NCBI GenBank assembly: GCA_038245295.1 | Contig: JBBRSP010000017.1 | Span: forward strand, 32,001-96,000 | Length of the DNA stretch: 64,000 bases | Direction: 5' to 3' | Source: Candidatus Binatia bacterium | Lineage (GTDB): Bacteria; Desulfobacterota; Binatia; HRBIN30 | Shown here: positions 9,655 through 18,648 of the stretch, in pieces | Layout of the letters: the number at the start of each line of letters is the position of its first letter | Numbering within the stretch: the first letter of the stretch is position 1 | Made by a program: the position numbers and the translations under genes | The notes under the pieces: model-generated | What the model was told of the DNA's origin: nothing | The model's database searches: none | Seen by the model: only the letters and a program-made list of their open reading frames with translations

Positions 9655-9882
9655 ATGACGAAAACAAGGATGATCACAAGGGCACATCGGATAGCGGCAC
9701 CGGCGGCGGCAACACTGCTTCTCGCCGCGACTCTCGGCCTCACCGGCTGTCCGCAGAAGCAGGGGCCGGCTGAGAAGGCCGGAGCGGCGCTTGATCGCGC
9801 CAAAGACAAAGTAGCCGACACGTTGGACCCGAAGGGTCCTGGGGAGAAAGCCGGTCGCGCCATCGACCGAGCAACGGAGTGA
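9655..9882 (+). CDS. Small lipoprotein
   Basis: Hydrophobic stretch plus lipobox LTGC; two GPAEKAG/GPGEKAG repeats. Confidence 0.75.
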   Translation: MTKTRMITRAHRIAAPAAATLLLAATLGLTGCPQKQGPAEKAGAALDRAKDKVADTLDPKGPGEKAGRAIDRATE

Positions 9883-9896
9883 AAGGAGAGATGACC

Positions 9897-10085
9897 ATGG
9901 CAACTGGGAAGGTGAAGAAGCTGAAGGGCCGCGTAAAGGAAGCCGCCGGTGCGTTAACCGGTGACAAGAAGCTGAAGCACGAGGGAATCGCCGATCAGGT
10001 TGTCGGCAGCATCAAGCAGATGGTGCAGGACCTGATTGAGATGGTCGAAAACGCAATCGACTGGGTCAAAGGTCTGGTGGCGTAG
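9897..10085 (+). CDS. csbD: CsbD-family protein
   Basis: KLKGRVKEAAGALTGDKKLKHEGIADQ; AGGAG 8 nt before ATG 9897. Confidence 0.85.
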   Translation: MATGKVKKLKGRVKEAAGALTGDKKLKHEGIADQVVGSIKQMVQDLIEMVENAIDWVKGLVA

Positions 10086-10177
10086 GGCTGATTGGCGCGG
10101 CGGCGCGGCACCACGCCGTCGCACGCCGCGCCCGTTGCTCGACGCGACGCCTGTGCCTCGGGCGCAAGGAGATCATC

Positions 10178-10327
10178 ATGTCTCTGCTTGTCTTGATCAT
10201 ACTGTTGATCCTGGTCTTCGGAGGTCTGCCGACCTGGGGTTACCATCAATACGGTTACGCCCCATCGGGATTGCTCAGCGTCGTGCTGTTCATCCTGCTC
10301 ATCCTGTTCTTGACGGGGCGACTGTAG
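10178..10327 (+). CDS. DUF3309-family small membrane protein (49 aa, not in ORF track)
   Basis: MSLLVLIILLILVFGGLPTWGYHQYGYAPSGLLSVVLFILLILFLTGRL; AGGAG RBS. Confidence 0.88.
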   Translation: MSLLVLIILLILVFGGLPTWGYHQYGYAPSGLLSVVLFILLILFLTGRL

Positions 10328-10351
10328 CTGACGCCTCGTGAGCGACGTACG

Positions 10352-12187
10352 GTGGGGGTGCGGCGGCGGTCATTCATGGCCGACATCTGGTCGCTGTCGC
10401 GACCGTACTGGGTGTCGGAGGAAAAGTGGGTGGCGCGGAGCCTGCTGGCGCTCGTCGTCGGTCTATCGTTGAGCTCGATCTACATCAGCGTGCTCATCAA
10501 CCACTGGAACGCCGCCTTCTACAACGCGCTGCAAGAGTTCGATGCCAGAGAGTTCTTTCGCCAGCTGTTGGTGTTCGTCGTTTTGACCGCGGCGAACGTC
10601 GTCTGTGCCGTCTACCAGGTGTATCTCAGCTCTATTCTGCAGATCCGTTGGCGCCGCTGGCTGACCGAATCCTTTCTCGCCGGCTGGCTCGATCACCAGG
10701 CGTATTACCGCGCCGGCCTCGGTAGCGCCGCCTTCGAAAATCCCGACCAGCGCATCAGCGAGGATCTCGGACTGTTCGTGGTCTACACGGCGAGTATGAC
10801 ACTTGGGTTGATGACCTCGGCTCTGACCCTGGTTTCTTTCATTGCCATCCTTTGGGGCCTTTCCGGCTCGCTGGTTGTGCGCTTCGGAGCGCTGGGCGCC
10901 GTGACGGTCCCGGGGTACATGGTGTGGGCGGCGCTGCTGTATGCGTCTGCCGGCACCTGGCTGGCGCTCCGTATCGGCGCGCCTCTGGTACGCCTCAACT
11001 TCGATCTGCAGCACTATGAGGCGGATTTCCGGCTGAGCATGGCGCGCGTGCAGGAGAATGCCGAGAGTGTCGCCGTGACGGGCGGCGAGGGCAACGAACG
11101 TGTTCGCTTCCGCGAACGCTTTGCGCACATCATCCGCAACTATTGGGCGATCATGCGCCGCCAAAAGGGCTTGAGCGCGTTTACGTGGATCTATGGTCAA
11201 CTGGCGATAGTCTTCCCGCTACTCGTCGCCGCACCGCGCTACTTTGCGCACGAGATCCTTCTCGGCGGACTGATGCAGACCGCGCAGGCCTTCGGACAAG
11301 TGCAGAACGGCTTGAGTTTTATCGTCAATAGCTATCCGGACATCGCGCGCTGGCGGGCCGCCGTCGACCGGGTCATCGACTTCCAACGCGTCCTGCTCGC
11401 CGCCACCCCCGTCGCACCGGGAGCGCGCGGCATCACCATCGTTCGCGGCCCGGGCTCGGGGCTGCGGGTCGGCGGACTCGACGTCGATCTGCCCAGCGGC
11501 GAGCCACTCCTGCGCGGCCTGCGCTTCGATGTGCCACGCGGCGGTTCTCTGCTGATCATGGGGCCTGCCGGCACGGGCAAAACGACCCTTCTCCGCGCCA
11601 TTGCCGGTATTTGGCCGTACGGCAACGGCAGGATCGAGATGCCGGAGGCAGCGCTCGCCGTGGTCATGCCCGAATCGCCCTATCTTCCTGTCGGCTCGCT
11701 GCGGCGGGCTCTGCGTTATCCCGAGATCGACCCCCGGCGGGTTCGCAACGGTGTGCATTGGGATGCTGCTCAGATCGACGCGACGGCACGCGCCGGCCTG
11801 CCGGAGGCGGAAGTGACCGCCGTTGATGCGGCGGCGGCGGCGGTTGATGCCGGTGATCTGCCGAGCGACGCGGACCTGCTGCGGGCTCTCGATCTCTGCG
11901 GGTTGTCGCACCTGACGGGGCGGTTGGATGAAGAACAGAACTGGTCGCAGCGTTTATCCACCAATGAACAAAAGCGGGTGGTGTTCGCGCACCTCCTGGT
12001 GCAGCGGCCTGATCTCATCTTTCTCGACGAAACGGTTTCGGGTCTCGACGACGAAGCGACGACCGAGCTGTATTGTACCCTGCGTGCGGAGCTTCCCAAC
12101 GCCGTGATCGTCACGGTTGGGCACAAAGGCGCATTGGAGGCGTTGCATACGCAGCACTTCGATCTGCAGCGCGCACCGCATGGCTAG
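10352..12187 (+). CDS. Fused ABC permease/ATPase (YddA/ABCD, SbmA-BacA-like TMD)
   Basis: NPDQRISED, EADFR, GPAGTGKT Walker A, IFLDE, VGH; signature degenerate (LSTNEQKR). Confidence 0.88.
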   Translation: MGVRRRSFMADIWSLSRPYWVSEEKWVARSLLALVVGLSLSSIYISVLINHWNAAFYNALQEFDAREFFRQLLVFVVLTAANVVCAVYQVYLSSILQIRWRRWLTESFLAGWLDHQAYYRAGLGSAAFENPDQRISEDLGLFVVYTASMTLGLMTSALTLVSFIAILWGLSGSLVVRFGALGAVTVPGYMVWAALLYASAGTWLALRIGAPLVRLNFDLQHYEADFRLSMARVQENAESVAVTGGEGNERVRFRERFAHIIRNYWAIMRRQKGLSAFTWIYGQLAIVFPLLVAAPRYFAHEILLGGLMQTAQAFGQVQNGLSFIVNSYPDIARWRAAVDRVIDFQRVLLAATPVAPGARGITIVRGPGSGLRVGGLDVDLPSGEPLLRGLRFDVPRGGSLLIMGPAGTGKTTLLRAIAGIWPYGNGRIEMPEAALAVVMPESPYLPVGSLRRALRYPEIDPRRVRNGVHWDAAQIDATARAGLPEAEVTAVDAAAAAVDAGDLPSDADLLRALDLCGLSHLTGRLDEEQNWSQRLSTNEQKRVVFAHLLVQRPDLIFLDETVSGLDDEATTELYCTLRAELPNAVIVTVGHKGALEALHTQHFDLQRAPHG

Positions 12188-12238
12188 ATCAATCTACCCT
12201 GTTTGCTGCAAGGCGACTCATTCCTCCGGGAGGTACTC

Positions 12239-12931
12239 ATGCCACAGACGCCCCACCTCGAACGTCACTTTACCGGGTCGGCGATCGTCCGAGACATTGT
12301 CATTGGCATGTCCGACGGACTGACCGTGCCCTTTGCTCTCGCCGCGGGGCTCTCGGGCGCCGTCGACAACACGAGCATCATCCTGACCGCCGGCCTTGCC
12401 GAGATTGCGGCCGGCTCCATTGCCATGGGGTTGGGCGGTTATCTGGCGGCGCGCAGTGACGCTGAGCACTACCAGGCCGAGCGTGGGCGCGAAGAATCCG
12501 AAGTGCGGGAGAAGGCCACCGTGGAACTGGACGAAGTGGCGGAGGCCTTTCGGGCCTATGGCTTCACGACGGAGGAGATCAAGCCTGTGGTCGACGCGTT
12601 TTGTAAACGGCCGACGGCGTGGGTTGATTTTATGATGCGATTCGAGCTCGGGCTGGAGAAGCCGGATCCGCGGCGGGCCCTGGCTAGTGCGGTTACCATC
12701 GCCGGCGCCTACATCGTCGGTGGATTCATCCCGTTGGCGCCATACCTTGCGCTACCGGCAAGGCAAGCTCTTGGCGGCTCGGTCGCTGTGACCCTCGTGG
12801 CCCTGGCGATCTTTGGATACGTGAAAGGACACTTCACCGGTGCATCGCCGCTGCGTAGCTCGGTGCAAACGGTAGTGATCGGCGGCCTAGCAGCGGCGGT
12901 TGCGTTTGCCATCGCGCGGGCAATTTCATGA
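12239..12931 (+). CDS. VIT1/CCC1 Fe/Mn transporter
   Basis: VRDIVIGMSDGLTVPFALAAGL, GSIAMGLGGYL, FMMRFELGL. Confidence 0.93.
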   Translation: MPQTPHLERHFTGSAIVRDIVIGMSDGLTVPFALAAGLSGAVDNTSIILTAGLAEIAAGSIAMGLGGYLAARSDAEHYQAERGREESEVREKATVELDEVAEAFRAYGFTTEEIKPVVDAFCKRPTAWVDFMMRFELGLEKPDPRRALASAVTIAGAYIVGGFIPLAPYLALPARQALGGSVAVTLVALAIFGYVKGHFTGASPLRSSVQTVVIGGLAAAVAFAIARAIS

Positions 12932-12958
12932 CTCCGCCGAATCGCGTTGTGGAAGCGC

Positions 12959-14053
12959 TTAGATGGTGGGCGTCGAGGGCGGGGCCTGCTTCGGTAGATC
13001 AATCGTGAAGACACATCCCTTGCCAGGCATGTCGATGACACGAAGCTCGCCGGCGATCGCCCGCACCGCCTTCACGCAAATGGAGAGACCGAGGCCCAGG
13101 CCCGTTCGATCAGTACCGCGCTGAGTGAATGGTTGCAGCAGCGTCTCTGCGTGCCCTGGGGGGAGCCCGCCGCACTCGTCTTCAACTTCAAGGAGCACCC
13201 GGGTCGGGGTTGTGCGCGTCCTGAGCAGAACCGTTCCAGCTGGATGGGTAAACTTCATGGCGTTCTGCACCAGGTTGGCCAGAGCCGCACAGAGGATCTG
13301 TCTGTCCGCCTCGACGATCGCGCTACGATCGTCGCACGAAACAACGAACCGCAAGCCGCGCTGCCTGGCCACCAGGGCGGCGCCGATCTCGACCTCTCTC
13401 AGAATCTTCCAGGCAGGAACGTGCTCGAGATTTTGCATCGCCGCGTCGAGGCGCACTTCCGCCATCGACCGATCGATGAGCGCCAGTAGGCTGAGCAAGC
13501 TGCGTTCGTGCATGGCGCCGGTACTACCACCGGGGGCCACAACACCGTCGCGGATGCTGGCGAACGACAGGATGGCGACGTTGAGCAGGTTGCGCATCTC
13601 GTGGGCGAGCACGCCGAGCCGCTCCGTGCCCTCGTTGTTGATCGCGCGTTCGCGCTGACGGCCGAACTCCGTCACGGCCGCGGCGATGGCGTCGTCGAGG
13701 CAGAGATTGAGTGTTCGGAAGTCTTCGGCGGCGATTCCGGCGTCCTTCTCAACGGCGAGACTGGTAATCGATTGACAGAGGTGGCCGTACTCGCGAACGA
13801 CCTGCTCGATAGTCACCCCATGATCAAAGAGTAGGTGGCCATGCAGCGCGGCACTGTCACTGATCGCCTCGTGGTCGGGGGCTTGGAGCGGTGTCGCCCT
13901 ATGCAAGGCGACGCAGAGCTGTTCGACAAACAGGGGTAGTCCAGTGGTCGGCTCTGGCTCCGTCACAACCGGGGTCTCTCCCGTCGAGACGCGAGAGCGG
14001 GCGCGATCGAGAACCTGATCGCGGTGCTCCCAGATAAAATCGCAAAGTAACAC
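12959..14053 (-). CDS. Cytoplasmic sensor histidine kinase
   Basis: AHEMRN H-box, NLVQNAMKF N-box, VEDECGG, GLGLGL; helical N-terminal sensor region. Confidence 0.9.
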   Translation of the reverse strand: MLLCDFIWEHRDQVLDRARSRVSTGETPVVTEPEPTTGLPLFVEQLCVALHRATPLQAPDHEAISDSAALHGHLLFDHGVTIEQVVREYGHLCQSITSLAVEKDAGIAAEDFRTLNLCLDDAIAAAVTEFGRQRERAINNEGTERLGVLAHEMRNLLNVAILSFASIRDGVVAPGGSTGAMHERSLLSLLALIDRSMAEVRLDAAMQNLEHVPAWKILREVEIGAALVARQRGLRFVVSCDDRSAIVEADRQILCAALANLVQNAMKFTHPAGTVLLRTRTTPTRVLLEVEDECGGLPPGHAETLLQPFTQRGTDRTGLGLGLSICVKAVRAIAGELRVIDMPGKGCVFTIDLPKQAPPSTPTI

Positions 14054-14198
14054 CTTGTGAAAATAAGCCGTTTAGCCGGCCGAAGCAATGCGCTGTTTCG
14101 AAGCGACGTGTGCGAGGATCGGCGCGACAGAGTTGCGCGCCCCGAACTCCGATTGCCGGCGGAGCGCAGTGCTCCGCCGCAATGGGATGTTACCTGAC

Positions 14199-15596
14199 CT
14201 ACTCTCTTTGTGCTGCGCTACGCCGTAGCGCGACGATCATGGCGACTGTCAGGAAACCTATGAGCGCCAACCCGGCGCCTGAGGTCGGTGACGCGATCAA
14301 CGGGACCGGCGCCGCTGTCAGGGTTGGCGTGGTGCTCTGCGTGCTGCTTGGCGATGGCGTCGGCGTTGCGGTTGCCGCGGCCGTGCTTGCTGTAGGCGTC
14401 TGCGTGGCCGAAGGTGTAACGGTCCCTGTCCGGGTCCCTGTCAGCGTCACTGTTTGTGTCGCTGTTTGTGTCGCCGTCGGCGTCGGCGATGCCGTCGCGC
14501 TGCTGGTCGTGGTTGCCGTGGCCAGAGCGATGACCAACGTCGATGTCGGTGTCCCCGTGATCGTTGCCGTCGGCGTCATGGTGGGTGTGTTCGAACCAGT
14601 CTGCGTTGGTGTAGTGGTCGGTGTCTGGCTCGGCGTAGCGCTTGGCGTTTGCGTCGCCGTGTTGGTCGGCGTGGGTGTTGTGGTGAGCGTTGAGGTCTGT
14701 GTCGGCGTGTTGCTTACCGTGGCGGATGGTGTCTGAGTCCCGGTGCTGGTCGGGGTTTGCGTTGCCGTATTTGATGGCGTGTCTGTAGCCGTGCTGGTCG
14801 GCGTTGCGGTGGGCGTGTCGGTCGACGTTTGTGTCGGAGTATGACTCGCCGTACCCGTCGGCGTCTGTGTCGATGTGTCGGTAGGTGTTGGAGTCGCCAG
14901 TGCGCTACAACCGCCAACAGTGTTCGTGCCAGCCAGCGTAACGGCACCAGTCGGTGTAGTCAGAGCTCGACCTTGCAACATTGCGCCGACGCCGAGATCG
15001 ACGCCCGCCTGCGCGACGACCGTTCCGACGAAGTTGACCCCGTTGAGAGTTGCCGCACTCGTAACCTGCCAGAATACACTGCAGGCATCGGCGCCATTGA
15101 TCAGGGTTACCGTCGATAGGACGTTGGCGGTGAGTGAGCTGCCGACCTGGAAGATGTAGGTTCCGGCCCCATCTAAAGTGAGATTTCCCGTCGATGCCAA
15201 ATCGGCGGTTGACGAAAAACAATAGACGCCAGGGCCGACCGTAACGCCGTTGAGCTGGGCTGCCAAAGAGGTGCAAGATCCGGCTGTGGCCAACGATGTG
15301 TACAACGCCCCCGTCGATGTCTGCGCCGCGATCGCGGCTCCGTCGTTGTTGTGCACGGCAAACGGTGGAACCACCGTCGCCGCGGCGGGAAAGCCCGTAA
15401 TCGACGTGCCCGGTGACACGCCGACATCTCCGGTAATGGTTGAGCCAGTGCCGGCGGCGGTGACACTCGAGCCACCCAGCACCGCGAAGCTCTGAGCTGA
15501 CCCCAGTGATTGCGCGGTTGCCGAACAGGCATGGGCAAGAGCTGCCAACCCAACGAGCGCCGAGATACGTCGATTTCTACCGAAAAGTCTATTCAT
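14199..15596 (-). CDS. DUF3494 ice-binding-like protein with Thr/Pro stalk and C-terminal membrane anchor
   Basis: FAVLGGSSVT, ITGDVGVSPG, PGVYCF, IFQV, VFWQV, GRAL..TGAVTL; TPTxT repeats; terminal hydrophobic helix plus RR. Confidence 0.88.
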   Translation of the reverse strand: MNRLFGRNRRISALVGLAALAHACSATAQSLGSAQSFAVLGGSSVTAAGTGSTITGDVGVSPGTSITGFPAAATVVPPFAVHNNDGAAIAAQTSTGALYTSLATAGSCTSLAAQLNGVTVGPGVYCFSSTADLASTGNLTLDGAGTYIFQVGSSLTANVLSTVTLINGADACSVFWQVTSAATLNGVNFVGTVVAQAGVDLGVGAMLQGRALTTPTGAVTLAGTNTVGGCSALATPTPTDTSTQTPTGTASHTPTQTSTDTPTATPTSTATDTPSNTATQTPTSTGTQTPSATVSNTPTQTSTLTTTPTPTNTATQTPSATPSQTPTTTPTQTGSNTPTMTPTATITGTPTSTLVIALATATTTSSATASPTPTATQTATQTVTLTGTRTGTVTPSATQTPTASTAAATATPTPSPSSTQSTTPTLTAAPVPLIASPTSGAGLALIGFLTVAMIVALRRSAAQRE

Positions 15597-15690
15597 AACG
15601 GATCCCCTAACTCGTGGTTTTAGCCTTGCATTTACCACCGCCCGATGGTGCGGACAAGGCACGTTGCCAACTCCATGACCCCGACTAGAC

Positions 15691-15747
15691 GCTTTATCAC
15701 GAACGCCCAAAAGCACGACCCAGGAGAACTGCGCGCGTAGTTCTACG
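15691..15747 (-). promoter_or_regulatory. Regulon motif copy 4 facing the ice-binding gene
   Basis: Minus strand CGTAGAACTACGCG-CGCAGTTCTCCTGGG; TAAAGC at the -10 position; first unit has perfect 5-bp inverted arms. Confidence 0.65.
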
Positions 15748-15784
15748 TGCATCCGCGATGACGAGGGATGCGTGTTTCCACGCG

Positions 15785-15842
15785 CGCAAAAACACGCGCG
15801 TAGTTGTCCGAGCTAACGGTGGCAGGATGCCGCGGGTAGAAA
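15785..15842 (+). promoter_or_regulatory. Regulon motif copy 5 plus -10-like TAGAAA
   Basis: CGCAAAAACACGCG-CGTAGTTGTCCGAGC-TAACGG-N17-TAGAAA. Confidence 0.68.
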
Positions 15843-15902
15843 TCATATGTGGAAATTTCAAACCTGGTACGAACAATGGAATCTCGCTTCGCCTCGCATA
15901 CG

Positions 15903-17450
15903 ATGCGCTGGGCGGTGCTGAACGCAGCGTTGATCAGGGTGCTCCCTCTCTTATTGCTCCCTTTGGGTATGCAAGCATTGTGGACGTCGGCGGCCGAAGC
16001 GCAGTTCGACATGAGCCGCGGTCAACGAGCCGCCGATGGCACCGTCTACGAAGTGATCGCGGTGCCCGACACAATGCTCTCTTCCGGCATCGACTTCATG
16101 CGCGTGACCACGGTTGCCGGAAGCGTCAACGGACTCAGTGCCTGCTCCAATGGCGGATCCGGACCGGGCCAGGAGACGTCGGCTCTCAGCGGCGCCGATC
16201 CGCTGGTGCCGCAGAACCTGCATGCTTACACGTCGATCACCCGCACCGGGATCCTGACCCCCAACACCTTGGCCACTGTGACCTTCGATCCGACCAATGG
16301 TGGCCGCTTGATCATCGGCACGGGCGGCGGGGCGATCACCGTCTGTCGAGACCCTGCCGACTGCAGTGCCGCTTCGAATGTCGCCTCGACGTTCTTGCTG
16401 TCGCAAAGTGGCGGTGGTGTGCCGAGCGCGTGTATCGCCACTGGTGCTGCGGCGCCGTGCGCCGGTAGCGACCCGCTGCAAACGCTCGCTTTCGGCTTGC
16501 CGACTTCCGGGTTTCCGCCCAACTGCACCGCGGTGCCGACGACGGTGACTCATATTTGTGACCCGACACCCGCCGACGGTTTCAGTATTGGTCGCGGCCA
16601 ATTTATCGTCTTCGTCTACAATCACAGCCTGGGTCGTTCCGGCTTCACCAGCGCGGCGGCCGGATTCGGGGTCGAGCGCGATGCCGGTCCGCTGTGTGGC
16701 GCAAATCAAGTTGTGACCGCGGACGGCCAGGCGCTGAGCGCGCCGCCACCGCTGGCCCCTTCCCTGACACCTACCGCGACGGCGACGCCGACACCGACCC
16801 CGGTCCCGACGCTGGTTCCAACAGCGCTCGCGACCCTACCGCCGACGGCAACCGCTACGATCACACCGACGCCGACGATCACCCCAACCGCGACAGCGAC
16901 CGCACTGCCGGAGATCTGTACCGACGGAATCGACAACGACGGCGACGGCCTGGTCGATTGCGACGACGTCCTCGATTGCCACTGCCAGCCAATCATCCGC
17001 GACCCGGCCCATCTGTGTCCGGCGGCCCATCAGCAACTCTTCCGCTACACGCTGCATGCGCGCGCCTATCCGACGAGCGCGATCAACAGCATCGAAACAG
17101 ATGGTCTAACCGTGGCCTTGCAATACCACGCCTCAGCGCCTTGGTTCCGTGTCCACCTTCCGGCCAGCGCCCTGCGCATCACGACGGCGGCGCACAACGG
17201 CGTCAAGTATCGCTTCGTCGATACGTCGCCTGGACCCGGCATCAAGAAGTGGTCAGTGCGCAAGATCTACAAGTACGGCCAGCTCCAGTATCTCATCAAC
17301 GGCCATGGTTTGGTGCCGGCGCCTCCGACCGCAGGGCGGTACGATATCCTACAGCAGATTACGCTCGGCGATGTCCCGTTTGTGTCGACGCAGACGTGGC
17401 AGCGCAACGGTCGCTGCCTGGTGCTGACGGATCAAAAGCTTCCGAAGTAG
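15903..17450 (+). CDS. Secreted Cys-rich protein with TP linker and EICTDGIDNDGDGLVDC motif
   Basis: Signal peptide ending AEA; PT repeats; Asp-rich putative metal-binding loop; start uncertain (15849-15903). Confidence 0.75.
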   Translation: MRWAVLNAALIRVLPLLLLPLGMQALWTSAAEAQFDMSRGQRAADGTVYEVIAVPDTMLSSGIDFMRVTTVAGSVNGLSACSNGGSGPGQETSALSGADPLVPQNLHAYTSITRTGILTPNTLATVTFDPTNGGRLIIGTGGGAITVCRDPADCSAASNVASTFLLSQSGGGVPSACIATGAAAPCAGSDPLQTLAFGLPTSGFPPNCTAVPTTVTHICDPTPADGFSIGRGQFIVFVYNHSLGRSGFTSAAAGFGVERDAGPLCGANQVVTADGQALSAPPPLAPSLTPTATATPTPTPVPTLVPTALATLPPTATATITPTPTITPTATATALPEICTDGIDNDGDGLVDCDDVLDCHCQPIIRDPAHLCPAAHQQLFRYTLHARAYPTSAINSIETDGLTVALQYHASAPWFRVHLPASALRITTAAHNGVKYRFVDTSPGPGIKKWSVRKIYKYGQLQYLINGHGLVPAPPTAGRYDILQQITLGDVPFVSTQTWQRNGRCLVLTDQKLPK

Positions 17451-17474
17451 CCACCAGCGAGAGAGATGTGCATA

Positions 17475-18530
17475 GTGAAAGCACTCGTTTATAAAGGCCC
17501 TGGCGAAAAAGCCTGGCAAGACGTCCCGGCGCCGCGCCTGCAACATCCTACCGACGTGATCGTTCGCATTGATACGACGACGATCTGCGGCAGCGATCTG
17601 CATATCCTGAAGGGCGACGTGCCGGCGGTGAAAGTCGGCCGAGTCCTCGGCCATGAGGGCGTTGGGGTGATCACCGAAGTCGGTAGCTCGGTGACCACGT
17701 TGGCGGTCGGCGACAACGTCATCCTCTCGTGCATCAAGTCGTGCGGCCGCTGCAAGTTCTGCAAACAAGGCATCTTCGCCCACTGCCTAGGCGACGAGGG
17801 TGCCGTCGGCATAGGCTGGGTGTTCGGCCACCTCATCGACGGCACGCAGGCCGAGTTTGTGCGTGTGCCGTATGCCGAGAACTCCGTTTACAAGGTCCCG
17901 GCCGGCGTCACCAACCAGCAAGGCGTATTGCTCAGCGATATCCTGCCGACCGGTTTCGAGATTGGCGTTCAATATGGCCAGACCAAGCCTGGTGATGTAG
18001 TCGCGGTGATTGGTGCCGGCCCGGTGGGTCTGGCGGTGATCATGACCGCCGGTTTGTATGGCGCTGCGAAAATCATCTCCGTCGACCTCGACGCCAACCG
18101 GCTCGAGCAGGCCCGGAAGTTTGGCGCCACCGACGCCGTCAACTCCGGCGATGCGGACTGGAAGCAGAAGGTCATGGCTTTGACGGACGGTTGGGGAGTC
18201 GACGTGGCTGTCGAAGCGGTCGGCATTCCGGCAACCTTCGAGATGGCGACGCAGATCGTGCGACCCGGTGGTCATGTGGCCAACGTCGGGGTGCATGGCC
18301 AACCGGTGTCTTTACGCCTCCAGGATCTGTGGATTCACAACATCACCATCAGCATGGGTTTGGTGAACACCAACACGACGCCCATGCCTCTCAAGCTCGT
18401 CGCCGAGGGCAAGCTCAAGGTCGATCAGTTCGCCAGTCATCACTTCAAGCTGCACGACATGATGGCCGCCTACGACACGTTTAGTCGGGCCGCCGAGACC
18501 AAAGCCCTCAAGGTGATCATCGAACGCTAG
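17475..18530 (+). CDS. Zn-dependent alcohol dehydrogenase (MDR family)
   Basis: ICGSDLH, GHEGVG, CGRCKFC...C, GAGPVG; GTG start at VKALVY. Confidence 0.93.
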   Translation: MKALVYKGPGEKAWQDVPAPRLQHPTDVIVRIDTTTICGSDLHILKGDVPAVKVGRVLGHEGVGVITEVGSSVTTLAVGDNVILSCIKSCGRCKFCKQGIFAHCLGDEGAVGIGWVFGHLIDGTQAEFVRVPYAENSVYKVPAGVTNQQGVLLSDILPTGFEIGVQYGQTKPGDVVAVIGAGPVGLAVIMTAGLYGAAKIISVDLDANRLEQARKFGATDAVNSGDADWKQKVMALTDGWGVDVAVEAVGIPATFEMATQIVRPGGHVANVGVHGQPVSLRLQDLWIHNITISMGLVNTNTTPMPLKLVAEGKLKVDQFASHHFKLHDMMAAYDTFSRAAETKALKVIIER

Positions 18531-18648
18531 CCCAGGCGCTTACCGCGGGCAGTCCGCCGGGTTGCGGTTCTCGGGGGTGAATGCTTCTGCGCCTGCTCCT
18601 GTGCCCACAAACCAAGAGAACCTGCGACCCGCAAAGCGAGCGGGCCGG

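Noticed and set aside
18384..18396. PMPLKL in the alcohol dehydrogenase as pseudogenisation
   Set aside because: At most a single substitution; frame and Zn/NAD motifs are intact.
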